A DNA stretch of 64,000 bases. Origin: Mobula hypostoma (Eukaryota). Made by a program: the position numbers and the translations under genes. The notes below the pieces were generated by a model that ran no database searches, was not told the origin of the DNA, and saw only the letters and a list, made by a program, of their open reading frames with translations. Below are positions 1 through 11,964 of the stretch, one piece after another; the stretch's first letter is position 1, and each line of letters starts with the position of its first letter. The stretch covers positions 23,872,001 to 23,936,000 of the forward strand of contig NC_086109.1 in the NCBI RefSeq assembly GCF_963921235.1, given 5' to 3'.

Positions 1-654
1 CAAATGGCTTAATTCTACTCCTATATCCTATCTGCCACAAAACAAATTTGACGACATATGCCAGTGATAATATATCTGATTCTGATTCTACACTTTGATT
101 ATGTCATAGTAGACTATGCCAGTTCTTAGAGGGATCCCAGCAATTCCATTTTCTACTTACTTCCACAGAACCTATTCTCTTAGTCAATCCTAATTCTCCT
201 GCTACCTACCAGCTACACTTCACTGGCCTTCATCAGTCAGGGTACTGAGTATGAGAGTTGGGATGCTATGTTGTGTTAAACAAGAGCCTGGTGAGGTCAC
301 AGTTGGAGAATCATGTACAGGTTTGGCCACCCTGTTATATGAAAGATGATATTAAGCTCGAGAGAGTGCAAAGATTTACGAGAATGCTGCCAGGACACAA
401 GAACCTGAGTTACAGGGAGAGATTGGGCAGACTGGGACTTAATTTCCTGGAGCACAAGATACAGGGAGATGACATTATAGAGGTGTATAAAACTATGTAG
501 GGCAGGGTAGGGTGAATGCACACATTTTATTTTCAAGGAAAGGGAAACAAAAACTGGAGGATGTAGGTTTAATGTGAGAGAATGAACTGTCAAGAGAAAG
601 TAGTTGAGGTGGGTGCAATAACTACTTTAAAAAATATATTTGCATAAGTATATA

Positions 655-1090
655 ACCATATAACAATTACAGCACAGATACAGGCCATCTCGGCCCTTCT
701 AGTCCGTGCCGAACGCTTATTCTCACCTAGTTCCACCAACCTGCACTCAGCCCATAACCCTCCATTCCTTTCCTGTCCATATAGCTGTCCAATTTATCCT
801 TAAATGACAACATCGAACCTGCCTCAACTACTTCTGCTGGAAGCTCGTTCCACACAGCTACCACTCTCTGAGTAAAGAAGTTCCCCCTCATGTTACCCCT
901 AAACTTTTGCTCTTTAACTTTCAACTCATGTCCTCTTGTTTGAATCTCCCCTACTCTCAATGGAAAAAGCCTATCCATGTCAACTCTGTCTATACCCCTC
1001 ATAATTTTAAATACCACCTCTATCAAGTCCCCCTCAACCTTCTACGCTCCAAAGAATAAAGACCCAACTTGTTCAACCTTTCTGTAACTA
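655..1090 (-). mobile_element. CR1 LINE 3' fragment
   Basis: ORF 727-1026 FKIMRGIDRVD..TRGHELK..GNFFTQRVVAVWNELP..FKDKLDSYM. Confidence 0.9.
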
Positions 1091-1112
1091 TATGGGTAGG
1101 AAACACTTAGAG

Positions 1113-1180
1113 CAAGGATTCCAAACTTCCTTTATGCCATGGACCCCTACCATTAACTGAGGAACCGTAGAACCCTGGTT
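1113..1180. mobile_element. Short hAT (Buster/Charlie-type) MITE, degraded
   Basis: Reverse-orientation match to the 80-bp MITE at 38208-38287 (ccatggacccctaccattaa); preceded by acttagag. Confidence 0.6.
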
Positions 1181-1299
1181 CAGAGGGATACAGGCCAAGT
1201 GTGCACTCATGGGACTGTCTTCTGGTGGGCACTTTGGTCAGAATGGATAATTTAGATCAAAGGGCCTACTTCCATGCTGTATAACACTATAGACCTAGA

Positions 1300-1435
1300 G
1301 CTAATTTAGAGTCGCCAATTATCAATGTGTCTTTGCGATATTGGAGAAAATGGGAGCATAAGGAAGAAGCGCACGAGGTGACAGGTAGAACAAGCAAACT
1401 CCACACAGTCAGAACAACGGGTTAGGTGCAAATCT
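1300..1435 (-). mobile_element. V-SINE (HE1-like) fragment
   Basis: Degenerate V-domain core ggag..ggaagaagcgcac..gacagg.agaacaagcaaactccacacag. Confidence 0.65.
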
Positions 1436-1724
1436 GAAGGACATGGATCTCTGCATCATTTTCATTAACAGAATTATGTGAAGAAACCAATTTGTTTCTT
1501 AAATTATCAAAGAATTTTAAGATGTTTGTAAGTATTTTAAATACTGAAGGAATTGGATTGGACAGGAAGTGGCAAGCTAATTTGGAAAAGTAACAATAGA
1601 ACCAAAGAATGGAAAGGTTCCAAGGAAACCACGCAGCTCATCTAGACCACGATGGTTCTCAGAGCAATCGCATCAATCCTATTCCTTCCCCATGCCCCCC
1701 ACACACCCCCACTCATCTCCCTCA

Positions 1725-2140
1725 CATCAAAGTCAATTTATTAAAGTAAGTATATGTCACTATATGTTACCTTGAGTCATTTTTGCGGCACTTACAGGAA
1801 AATAAAGAAATACCATAGGTTTTATGAAAAACTGAACATAAGTAAGTATTGATAAACAAATATGCGAAAGATAAATTGTGCAAATAAATAATAAATAATA
1901 CTGAGAACACGAGTTGTAAAGTCCTTGAAAGTAAGTCTGTAGGTTGAGGATTCAGTTCAGAGTTGAGGTGAGTAAAACTATCCACTGGCTCTGGATGCTG
2001 ATGGTTGTCGTTGAGCCTGGTGATAGGGGACCTGACACTCCTGAACATCCAGTAACGAGAAGAGAGCATGGCTTGAACGGTGGAAGTCCTTAATGATGGG
2101 TGCTGCTTTCTTGTAACATGTAAATACGCTCATTGCTGGG
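1725..2140 (-). mobile_element. Rex1/Babar LINE 3' end
   Basis: caaagtcaatttatt tail and the gagaagagagcatgg...ttaatgatgggtgctgctttc segment shared with other Rex copies in the window. Confidence 0.75.
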
Positions 2141-2199
2141 TCAAACCATTCACAGTGATGATTAGTAAGTGGAAGATATGGCCAGGAAGAAAAATCAAC

Positions 2200-3050
2200 A
2201 TTTTACTTTTATTTATTTAGAGAAATAGGACATTACAGGCCCCTCCGGCCCTACAAGTCCATATTGCCCAATTAACCTACTAACCCATATCTCTTTGCAT
2301 TGCGGGAGGAAACCGGAGTACAAACTCCTTCGGAGGAGGAGGGAGGAGAAGATGGTGGCGCGACGCAGCACGCGCGGCCGTTCCGAATGATATCATATAT
2401 ATTAACTAGGGGCCGTGCCCAATCCTGATTTGATGGAGACAGCCCTGAAAAGCACGGAGGAACATCTGGAGAAACTTCTGAAATGCCCGCTACGCTGCCG
2501 CTGCTACTGTGTGATTGAGAATCTCCGGAGGGGAAGGCCCCAAATCCTCGGCTTTACCTATTGCCTGTTGCCGGGGCCGGGGTCGAAGCGTTCGGCAGAG
2601 CTGGTGCTCGATGCTCGGTGTCAGAGAGCTGGTCGGAGGTTCAGAGTTTTCGGACGGACTCGGAGTTGGACTGTGGTCAGATGCTTCCAGGATGCTGCAT
2701 CGGCAAGTTTGCAGCGCTGGAGGTTCACCATCTGCGTGAGATGATGGGACTTTTGAGAGACTTTGAGACTTTTACCATGCCCATGGTCTGTTCTTTATCA
2801 AAGTACAGTATTGCTTTGCACTGTTGTAACTCTATGTTATAAATATGTGTTTTTTTCAGTAGGTTTGTCATGTGTTTCTGTGATATCATTCTGGAGAAAC
2901 ATGTATCGTTTCTTAATGCATGCATTACTAAATGACAATAAAAGAGGACTGTGTGTCCTCATAATCTAATCTAATCTCACAGGGAGCAGTGGAATTGAAC
3001 CTGGGCCGTTGGCACCAAAATAGCATTATGCTAACCACTACGTGACGCCC
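2200..3050 (-). mobile_element. V-SINE interrupted by a ~645-bp insertion (2331-2976)
   Basis: gggaggaaaccggagtacaaactcctt | insertion | cacagggagcagtggaattgaacctggg..atgctaaccactacg (tRNA-derived head on the minus strand). Confidence 0.75.
2331..2976 (+). mobile_element. Non-coding retroposon with a CpG-rich 5' end and (TAATC)n tail; probable non-autonomous LINE derivative
   Basis: Starts ggaggagaagatggtggcgcgacgcagc (AAGATGG YY1-like motif); ends aataaaag...taatctaatctaatct; no TE-protein ORF. Confidence 0.6.
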
Positions 3051-3077
3051 ACCTTTGACCCAGCATTTTGTTGACCA

Positions 3078-3212
3078 CAAACACAAGAAAATCTGCAGAT
3101 GCTGGAAATCTAAAGCAACAGACACAAAATGCTGGAGGAACTCAGCAGGCCAGGCAGCGTCTATGGAGATGAATGAACAGTTGATGTTTCAGGCTGAGAC
3201 CCTTCTTCAGGA
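3078..3212 (-). mobile_element. Penelope-derived repeat with a degenerate hammerhead core
   Basis: tctgcagatgctggaaatc..aaatgctggaggaactcagcagg..; minus strand reads ctgaagaagggtctcagcctgaaac. Confidence 0.7.
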
Positions 3213-4504
3213 TCCTTCTTTTGTTGGTCAACTGCTTTAAAAAGTCGCTGGTAGACTATTAAGTGCGTCGTAATGGCCCACCAAGCAAGATACATTTATA
3301 GATACAAAAGAAGATGAGGTTTGAATCATAATCTGACTTAATTTTGATGAGAGACCTTTCAGAGCGATCTTTAATGAATTGATGTGTCTGGGTAGGTGGT
3401 TAAATGGTAGCTCTCAGTGTGTAAGTGGCCTTTTCTGCATTTCATGCTTACTTATGATTCCACTGCTATCTTGGCCAACCTCCAATGTACTATAAACGAG
3501 AGTTCATTTTAAACTCTGCAGCCAGTATTCTCACTCACTCCCAGCCCTATTCATCCTTCACCCTTGGCCTACATTAGCTGCTTATTGAAATGCTTCCAAC
3601 TGGGAATATTTCAATCTAAAAATTGTTATCTGTGTGTCTATAACCCAGCTCTCAATTCAAGCTTTTGGTACACTGTCTTAATATATTATTATGTGGCTCA
3701 CTGTCAATGCTCCATGGGATTTCGTGGGATGCCTCTTTTCTTTATAGGTGCTAGAAATCCCTGCTGACTATTTCCCCTTTCCCAATTCTAAACTGCACCC
3801 CATTGTTTAACTAATCAGTCAAATTTTAAACCAATGTTCAATGTAACTTTAGATATTCCATTTAATATCCTGTATGCACCTTAAAGCCTCCACTACTTAG
3901 CTCTTTTCCTGGAATGAAAAGATACATTCTTCTTGGTCCTTCCTTGTTATTTATCAGGGATGACATGTTCTAACCTGCTTCTGAGGGAGTTATTTGGACA
4001 ATCGTGCTTTTCTTGGCTCTTTGAACGAATGATTCGATTAATCTCACTCTTATGCCTTTTCAGTATAGTGCTGTAAAAAAAACTCCCTTTCAAATATTTA
4101 TCTAATTTGCTTTTGAAAATCGATATTAAATCCACTTCCACTCCTTTAAACAATAAATTTTAGATCTGAACAACGTCCTGAATAAAAAGCACATTTCTCA
4201 ATTTTTCCCTTGGTACTTTTGTCAATTTACTTAAATCTGTGCTTTCAATTATTAATGTCCCTGTTGCATGAAACAGTTTCTCTCTAATTAAGAGTCAAAT
4301 GCACAGAAATAGGCCCTTCTGCCCATCATATCTATGCCAACCCATTTGTAGTAATCTTATTTAGTAGCATTTGGTTGTTGCCAACAATGCCTTGGAACTT
4401 CAATTAGTTATCCAAGTGTTTCTTAAATGGTTTGAGGCACTGCCTGTTTCATTGCCTTTGACTCTTAATCGCGACAAACTACAGTCGTCTAGGTGAAAAT
4501 ATTC

Positions 4505-4715
4505 TTTCCCAAAGTTCAAAGTAAATTTATTATGAAAGTATACGTCTACATCATCATATACTTCGCTGAGATTCATTTTCTTGTGGGCATTCACAGTAGA
4601 TCAAAGAAATACAGTGGAATCAATGAAAAACTACACACAAAGATAGACAAGCAACCAACATGCAAAAGAGGACAAACTGCAAATACCAAACAACTGATAG
4701 ATAAATAAGCAAGCA
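4505..4715 (-). mobile_element. Rex1/Babar LINE 3' UTR fragment
   Basis: aaagttcaaagtaaatttatt tail. Confidence 0.7.
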
Positions 4716-4719
4716 AATT

Positions 4720-5000
4720 CATTCTAAACCTCTTCACCTTATAGTCATGAGCACTCTGCTCTCAGACACCTCTGCCCTGGGAAACGTTTCTTCCTGGATG
4801 CTGCATTTATGTCTCTCCTTATTTTGAATATCTCTCAGGTCACCCTTCAGACTCCTCTGCTCCAAGGAAAGTAAGCCCAGTTTATCCATTCTTTCCTCAA
4901 AATTGGAACATTCCATCCCAGGCAACACCCTGGTGCATCTCCTCTGCCCTATCTCCACTGGAATAACATCATTCCTATAGCGTAGTGATCAGAACACTCA
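4720..5000 (-). mobile_element. CR1 LINE 3' fragment
   Basis: ORF 4734-4958 QRRCTRVLPGM..EERMDKLGLLSLEQRSLKGDL. Confidence 0.8.
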
Positions 5001-5259
5001 ATCAGAATCGCAATATTAAATCCCTTAACTTAACACCGTTATTAAATCTCCTTTCTCTGTGGAAAGCAATCCTGGCTTCTCTGTTCTCTCCACATGATTG
5101 AATCCATAATGGGCTAATAATCAGTTCTGACCCTCTCTAGCTGTCCATCCAGAATTAGAGAAAATACATCAGCTGAAGTCGAGCATGCAAGTCTATGAAT
5201 ATTTGAAATATATACATGACCACCATGCTTGGCACTAGTCTCCTTCAAATCTCATTTAT

Positions 5260-5645
5260 AACCATCAGACCATAAGACATCGGCCCATCGAGTCCGCTCT
5301 GCCATTCCATAATGGCTGATTTATTATCCCTCTCAGCCCCATTCTTCTGCTCTCTCCCTGTAATCTTTGATGCCCTTATTAATGAAGAACCTATTATCTT
5401 CTGCTTTAAATATACCCAATGACTTGGCCTCCATAGCTGTCTGTGAATTCCACAGATTCACCACCATCTGGCTAAAGAACTTCCTCCTCAATTCTGTTCT
5501 AAAGGGATGTCCTTTTCTGAGGCTGTTCCCTCTGGTTCTAAACTCCATCCCTACAGGAAACATCTTCTCCGTATGCATTCTATCTAGGCCTTCCAATACT
5601 CAAAAGGTTTCAAGGAGATCCCCACTCTACTTTCTAAACTACAGT
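5260..5645 (-). mobile_element. CR1 LINE 3' fragment
   Basis: ORF 5333-5596 TRGNSLRKGHPFRTELRRKFFSQMVVNLWNS. Confidence 0.85.
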
Positions 5646-5857
5646 GATTATTGCTCACTGAATGAATCTTAAATCTCACTGTGGCAATATGATCATAATG
5701 TCCCATTGTAAATCCTTCATGAATGGCAGATTTTATTGTAATATTTATATTTTAATTCACCTTCCACAATAATAATTTGTACTTACATGGTGCAGCAACA
5801 TTTCCCAAGGTATCTTATAAAAATTTAATGAAACAAAATTTAACACTGAGCCACATT

Positions 5858-6682
5858 AGAACAACAGCACAGGCTCTGCAGCCCACATTGTGCCATCATT
5901 TTAACCCACTCCATGACCAATCCAATGCTTCCCTCCTGCATAGCGCTGCATTTCTCTTGTGGCTATTTGTAGAGTCTCTAAAGCTTCTCAAATGTTTCTG
6001 CCTCTACCTTGGCAGCACGGTCCACATCCCCACCACTCTCTCTGTATTAAATACGACTTGACATCCCCCCTAGACTTTCCTCCAATTACGGTAAAACTAT
6101 GCCCTCCTGTATTAGCCTTCTCTACCCTGAGAAAAAGATGCTGGCTGTCCACTATTCCTTGCCTCTTATCATTTTGTACACCTCTATCAAATCACCTTCA
6201 TCCTCCTTCACTCCGAAGAGAAAAGCCCTAGTTCACTCAACCTTCCCTGATGAGAGATGTTCTCCAATTCAGGCAACATCCTGGTAAATCTCCTCTGCAC
6301 CCTCTCTAAAACTTGCACATCCTTCTTAGAATGAGACAATCAGAACTAAACATGATATTCTAAGTGTAGTCTAACTAAAGTTTTACAGAACTGCAACGTT
6401 AGGGCTCTTGAACTCAATCCCCAACTAATGAAGACCAACACACCATACACCTTCTTAACCACTCAATGAATTTGTGCAGCAACTTTGAGGGATCTATGGA
6501 TGTGGACTGTAGAAGTGTTCCGTTCCTCCACACCACTAAGAATCCTACCATTAAACCTGTACCCTACTTTCAAGCTCAAACTTCCGAAGTGTTTTAACAC
6601 TTCACACTTGTCTGGATTGAGCTGGATTGTCCATCTCTGGATCCTATCAGTGTCCTGTTGTAACCTACAACAATCTTCCATA
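5858..6682 (-). mobile_element. CR1 LINE 3' fragment inserted in an old L2-like element
   Basis: RT motifs LQQDTDRIQRW..NPDKCEV; flanks 5765-5857 and 6685-6800 resemble an L2 3' end. Confidence 0.75.
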
Positions 6683-6861
6683 TTCGGAGATATTACTGAG
6701 CAAAACTTAGCCAAAGAGGATCTTTCTAAGAGTTTTTCTAGAAAACAGAGAGGTTTTGGGACAGAATTCCCAATGCACTTGAGGGCATAGCACTCATTGT
6801 GGACCAATTAAAATTGCAGTTACGAAGGAGGGCAGAGTTGCAAAGGGGCTAATTGCATGAG

Positions 6862-7275
6862 CATTTTGAGCCTCTATTCACTAGAATTCAGAAGAAGGAG
6901 AGGTGACCTAATTGAAACTTATTGAATGTCGAAAGGCCTTGATAGAGTGGATACAGAGAGGAATAGTGGGAGAGTCTAGGACCGGAGGACCCAGCCTCAG
7001 AGCAGATGGGTGTCCTTTTAGAATGGAGATGTGGAAGGATTTCTTTAGCCACAGAGGGGTGAATCTGTGGAATTCATTGCCGCAAGTGGCTGTGGAGTCT
7101 TTACGTATATTTAAGGCAGAGGTTGATAAATTGTTGATTGGTCAGGGCATGAAGGGATGCCGGGAGAAGGCAGGAGTTTGGGGCTGAGAGGAAAAATGGA
7201 TCGGCCATGATGAAATGGTGGAGCAGACTCGATGGACGAAATGGCCTACTTCTGCTCCTATATCTTATGATCTGG
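6862..7275 (+). mobile_element. CR1 LINE 3' fragment
   Basis: ORF 6912-7187 GCPFRMEMWKDFFSHRGVNLWNSLPQ; CR1 tail atggcctacttctgctcctatatcttatg. Confidence 0.85.
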
Positions 7276-7402
7276 TTGGAGAGAATAGAGACCTGGATCA
7301 ATGAGCTAAATAATCCTGTGACTTATAGATACATAAGGCAGGATGGAGATTCTTGGTGAGTTCAGCAATCTCTTGGATGTCTCTGATGTGCTGCTAACTC
7401 AC

Positions 7403-7460
7403 CTCGTTACTAAGATTCAAGAGGTTATTTTACATGTTGTTAAAATAGAGTAATCGAATG
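7403..7460 (-). other. Candidate 58-nt non-coding (5' UTR/lncRNA) exon
   Basis: Minus strand ttgttctgcttttccag|CATTCG...AACGAG|gtgagt in non-repetitive DNA; stops in all three frames. Confidence 0.45.
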
Positions 7461-7959
7461 CTGGAAAAGCAGAACAAATCTACCCAGCCTGAGGGAAATT
7501 GACATTCCTTAAACGGAAATGAAAGCAGTTACCCGTCAACTGGTGATAAAATAATTTCTACCAAAAGTCAGTGGAGAACGCGTTCACATCATTCTCACTC
7601 ATATATAGTTCTATACTTAGCAATAAGATTGGACTGCATACCACTCAGTTTTAGAACTTTAATAAAGAAAAGTCTGCTGTTTCTTCTACAACTTCAAAAA
7701 TCCAATGAAGCGCTTCTGAATACTTGTCAGGCAGGAAATCAGATTCAATTAGATTAAATTAATTTGTTGTCATATACACCAGAGAGCAATAAAATTCTTT
7801 GAAGCTCACAAAATAAGCAGGATACTTGATGATAATAAACAATAAGTACAAAAAGCAAAGGAAACTGCAGAATGGTGCAGATTGCAGCTGAGTTTCTGAA
7901 GCAGTACAACAGAAATTCTTAAATCCAAGTTCCTACAAAGAACACTGAGGTTGTAATGA

Positions 7960-8135
7960 CCTCTGTTAAAATAATGAAATGGTTCTTTTACATCAACCTG
8001 AGAATAAATGGGACCTTGGCTTAACACTGTATATGAAAGACAACACTGCATCCATTCAGTACCCACCAAAGTGGCAGCCTGGGTTACACACAGGGTCTCA
8101 AACCCACAATCTTCTAACACAGCTTACACTCGCAC
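7960..8135 (-). mobile_element. Deu-SINE (SacSINE1/AmnSINE1-like) remnant
   Basis: tcttttacatcaacctgaga..ccttggcttaac..tgaaagacaacactgc..aaacccacaatcttct resembles the Deu-domain consensus from memory. Confidence 0.55.
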
Positions 8136-9034
8136 CAAGTTAGCTTAAGATTTATAAAAATTCTGAGCCATATGAATCGTCACAATTCACGCACCATATT
8201 CGACTTTGAGGTTCATGAACAAAATGTCCAATGTTCCTTTCAATGTAAAGGAAATGTTGAACAGTGTTTGCTTTCAACAACATAACATCAGTATTAAAAG
8301 CACGAAACAGGATGGAATCCTGTGTGTGCATCTGGGTGTGAGCCTCAACATATCTGGGCATGAGCATCTGGGTGTATGTCTGTTTCTGAGCCTTTATCAG
8401 GCTGACCCTTGATCATGTGTGTGTGTGTTTATATCAGATTATGGCTTGAGACGTGCGTGTAATTGGGTGTTCCTTAGGTTTGGGTTTATGTGTGAAGCTT
8501 TCCCGTGGGCCATTATGCTTGTTAATATATCCTAATCTATGCCTTGATTCCCTGTTTTTCTGTACAATAGTGTACAACCGATAGTTCTACCAGTAAATGT
8601 GATTGAAATTGTCTTGTACTAAAAGTGCTCAACAGTCATGTCAATGAGAGTACTCAGTGTGTGTTATCCTTCCACTAGTTTCCCTGTGTGGCTCAGTTTG
8701 CCTATTGATTTACCACATAAGATTTCGGTAGGCTTGCATGTTACATGTAAGGTGCCATTTTTTTGTGTGCATGTTAAGATTATCTGATGTAACATTCGTG
8801 TTCCTCACTGGGTCAATGCTTCTATCTGTGGGTGTGATTTATACTAAGTCTCTTTTGAATTCTAAAAACATTTGTGTCTGTTTTAAGTATACGTGTATGC
8901 ATTTGTATATTTTATGAGATTAGGTTTTCTGTTTGTGTCTGTTTATTCACCGATTACTTTTTGTTTCCCTAACTGAAATCTTACATTCATCTCCGTTGAA
9001 TGGTTCCATCTCTTTCACTCTGGTTTTTTAACGT

Positions 9035-9037
<3 letters not shown>

Positions 9038-9079
<42 letters not shown>

Positions 9080-9092
9080 TGTGTGTGTGTGT
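9038..9092. repeat. (GT)n microsatellite
   Basis: Directly visible. Confidence 0.98.
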
Positions 9093-10200
9093 TTGCGTGC
9101 GCGCCCCTCTCCGTGTTCGTACTGTATCTGTCTACTCTGAATATTTCTCTCCCTGACCCTCCCGTTGACTGGGCCTCCTTACCTCTGTCCCGGGATGGTC
9201 GGGTTCCTTGCGCTGTAGGCGCTGCTGCTCCCTGCTGTGTGTGATTGCAGCCCTTGTTACCTTGAGACATTGGTTGCGGCTGAAAACGGAGCTCGGTGAA
9301 CGAATAAAGCGACGGCCACTCGTTAAACCGTCCCTTTAAATATGTTCTAGAGCCACTTTACTGAAAGATGAACAACTTGCCCAAGCGCGAAACATCGCCT
9401 GGTATGGGGTTCAGAGGTGATTCACTGTACAAACTTTCCTGAAACTTTCTCGGTCCAAGTTCTGTCTTCTTCCGAATGAATCATGCAGGGTTCTTTTTGT
9501 TTTTTTTTTAAGCAAACTTTGCAAACCTTATCGATTTCACTGAGGCCAAAAAAAAGTTTTAATTCAGAAGCTTGGAATTTGCAACTCTCAAACTTGTTTT
9601 AAAAATCTGTAACTATTTTCTTTTCAAACTTCACTGTCTCGGGAAGTTTCTTTTGGTTCCCTCTGAACTCCTCTGGGTCGCCCAGCTTGTGGCTTCTTGT
9701 GACTCAGATCGCTTCCCCAGTGACTCCACTAAAACCACTCACATACCGCCTCGCTCCCCCTTTCTCTCTCCTCCTGAAGCGAGAGGCGGAAATCGCCTGG
9801 ATTCCGGGATTTCTCAGTTTCCTCCTGCAGGACCTCTGCTTCGAGAAGAGAGCTGCAACTCGTTCGAAGTTTACCCAGCCTCTGGGAGAGAACAGGATCG
9901 CAAGTAAACCTGCGAGCCAATCTGCTGCGTGGCTGGAAACCCGGGTGTCGTCAAGATGAATCATCTGACATTGGGAGAAAGCTAAAATTATTTATTTGTT
10001 GTTTCCTTTTAGTTTGGGGTAACAATGGCCATCCTAAGACTCGCAGTTACCTCTGCATGATTTATAGAGAAGGTGAGGGGGAAATGTAGGAGAAAATGTC
10101 TTCTACTTTCTCATTTGAAACTGAATCACGTTTATGTTCCAAAGATACTATAGGTTTCCCGAAGGCACGTCGCAAGCAGACCACATCTACCCCGCCACTC
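9090..10200 (-). promoter_or_regulatory. CpG-rich, TE-free candidate promoter / 5' end of a minus-strand gene
   Basis: Many CpGs compared with flanks; CCAAT at ~9917-9921, AP-1 tgactca at 9700-9706, TATA-like ATATTTAAA (minus) at ~9335-9343; donor-like sites at 9741-9746 and 9255-9260. Confidence 0.55.
9261..9360 (-). other. Candidate 5' exon ending ATG TCT CAA G|gtaaca (MSQ, phase 1); gene not identified
   Basis: ATG at 9270-9268 directly before AAG|gtaaca; upstream limit is either a TSS near 9310 or the acceptor ttgttcatctttcag at 9361. Confidence 0.4.
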
Positions 10201-10294
10201 AAATGGACTCCTTCAGTCTGTTAGTCTCTGGTCAGGAACTGGTCTCAGCGGTGGATCCACCCTCCAAAATATATTAATCCCTTTCTAGGTCCAT

Positions 10295-11390
10295 CGACCA
10301 GTACAGGAAAAGGCCCTTCAGCCCACCATGTTGTGCTGGACCAATGAAATTAGTAATCAAATGGCCAACTAATCTCTTCTGCCTACACAATGTCCATATG
10401 CTTCCATTTTCCTCACATTCGTTTGCCTATCCAAATGCCTCTTAAGTCAAGTCAAGTCAAATCGCTTTTTATTGTCATTTCGCCCATAAACTGCTGGTAC
10501 AGTACACAGTAAAAATGAAACAACGTTCCTCCAGGACCATGGTGCTACATGAAACAACACAAAACTACACTAGACTAAGTGAGACAACACAAGGCTACAC
10601 TAGACTACGTAAGACAACCCAAAAACTACACTAGACTACAGACCTACACAGGACTACATAAAGTGCACAAAACAGTGCAGGGCAATACAATAATTAATAA
10701 ACAAGACAATAGACACAGTAGAGGACAAATTACAATATAATAATAAATGATGTAGAGGTCAGTCTAGTCTGGGTATTAAGGAGTCTGATGGCTTGGGGGA
10801 AGAAACTGTTACCCAGTCTGGTCGTGAGAGCCCGAATGCTTCGGTACCTTTTGCCAGATGGCAGGAGGGAGAAGAGTTTGTATGAGGGGTGCATGGGGTC
10901 TTTCACAATACTGTTGGCTTTATGGGTGGGGTGTGTAGTGTAGATGTCTGTAATGGCGGGCAGGGAGACCCAGATGATCTTCTCAGCAGACCTCACTATC
11001 CTTAATGTATTTGCTTCTAGCACCACCCCAAGCAGTGCATTCCAGGCACCCACAACTCAGTGTAAAAAATGTGCCCCTCACATCTTCTCCCTCTCACCAT
11101 AAATAGTGGTAGACATTCCAATCCAGGCAGAAAGGTACTCCCTGTCTACACTATCTATGCCTCTCACAATCTTATCAACTTCTATCAGTTTGTCCCTCAG
11201 GCTCTGTTGCTCCAGAGAACACAACCCAAGCTTGTCAAACCTCTCATTCTAGCACAAGCCCACTAATCCAGGCACCATCCTGGTAAACCTATCCTACACC
11301 CTCTCCAAAGCCTCCTCACCCTTCCTATAATAGGCAAGCAGACCTGTAGGTAATACTCCAGATGCAGCTTAACTGGAGTTTATGACACTG
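10295..11390 (-). mobile_element. CR1 3' fragment interrupted by a Rex1/Babar 3' fragment (~10445-11000)
   Basis: Rex part: (agtca)n tail and ORF 10730-11053 SIVKDPMHPSYKLFSLLPSGKRYRS..NSFFPQAIRLLN; CR1 sequence on both sides. Confidence 0.85.
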
Positions 11391-11964
11391 CAAGATTTAT
11401 AAAGTGTCCAGGTGCTGAGTAAGAAATTTTGGGAAGTCAGGTTGCAGCTGGATCAAACTTTGGCCGGGCCATTTGAAGTATTGTCTGCCTTACAGGAAGA
11501 ATCGGGAAGGACTGGTGATTTTAGAGACGGTGCAGAAGTAGATGCTGTTTGGATGATAGAGTGCTCACTACAAAGAGAGTTTGGTCAACCGTGGATTATT
11601 TTCTCTGCAGAATATATAAAATATATAACATAATGGGAACAACTTTTTTATATCGGAACAAACTTTCTTCATATTTTAAAATTGTTTACAAGAATGAACA
11701 TGCAATGCCTTTTCATGTTAGATTCATAGTTGTGTTCCATTACATTTTTTAAAACCAATAAGATTGTTGCCACTCACCCACTGGGGGGGTGATACAAAGT
11801 TCAAAATTCGAAGTTAATTTATTATCAAAATACGTATATGTCACCATATACTACCTTGAGATTCATTTTCTTGCAGGCATGTGCAGTAGAACAAATAAGT
11901 ACAATAGAATCAGTGCTGAACTGCTCACAAAGGTTGACAAACGACCAATGTGCAATAATTAAAA

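Larger units (their letters stand above)
230..1290 (+). mobile_element. CR1 LINE 3' fragment (RT C-terminus + 3' UTR), split by a minus-strand CR1 (~655-1090) and an hAT MITE (~1113-1180)
   Basis: ORF 258-500 KSLVRSQLE..VQVWPP..DIKLERVQRFTRMLPG is the CR1 ORF2 C-terminal motif; the 3' UTR resumes at ~1091 (atgggtaggaaacacttagag). Confidence 0.85.

Noticed and set aside
1472..1527. Plus-strand 56-nt exon (ttaacag|AATTATG..GTTT|gtaagt)
   Set aside because: Weak exonic donor context, no recognisable peptide and no partner exons.
9028..9959. ORFs over the CpG island and (GT)n tract as single-exon genes
   Set aside because: No recognisable domains; HTHT/CVCV runs are microsatellite translations.
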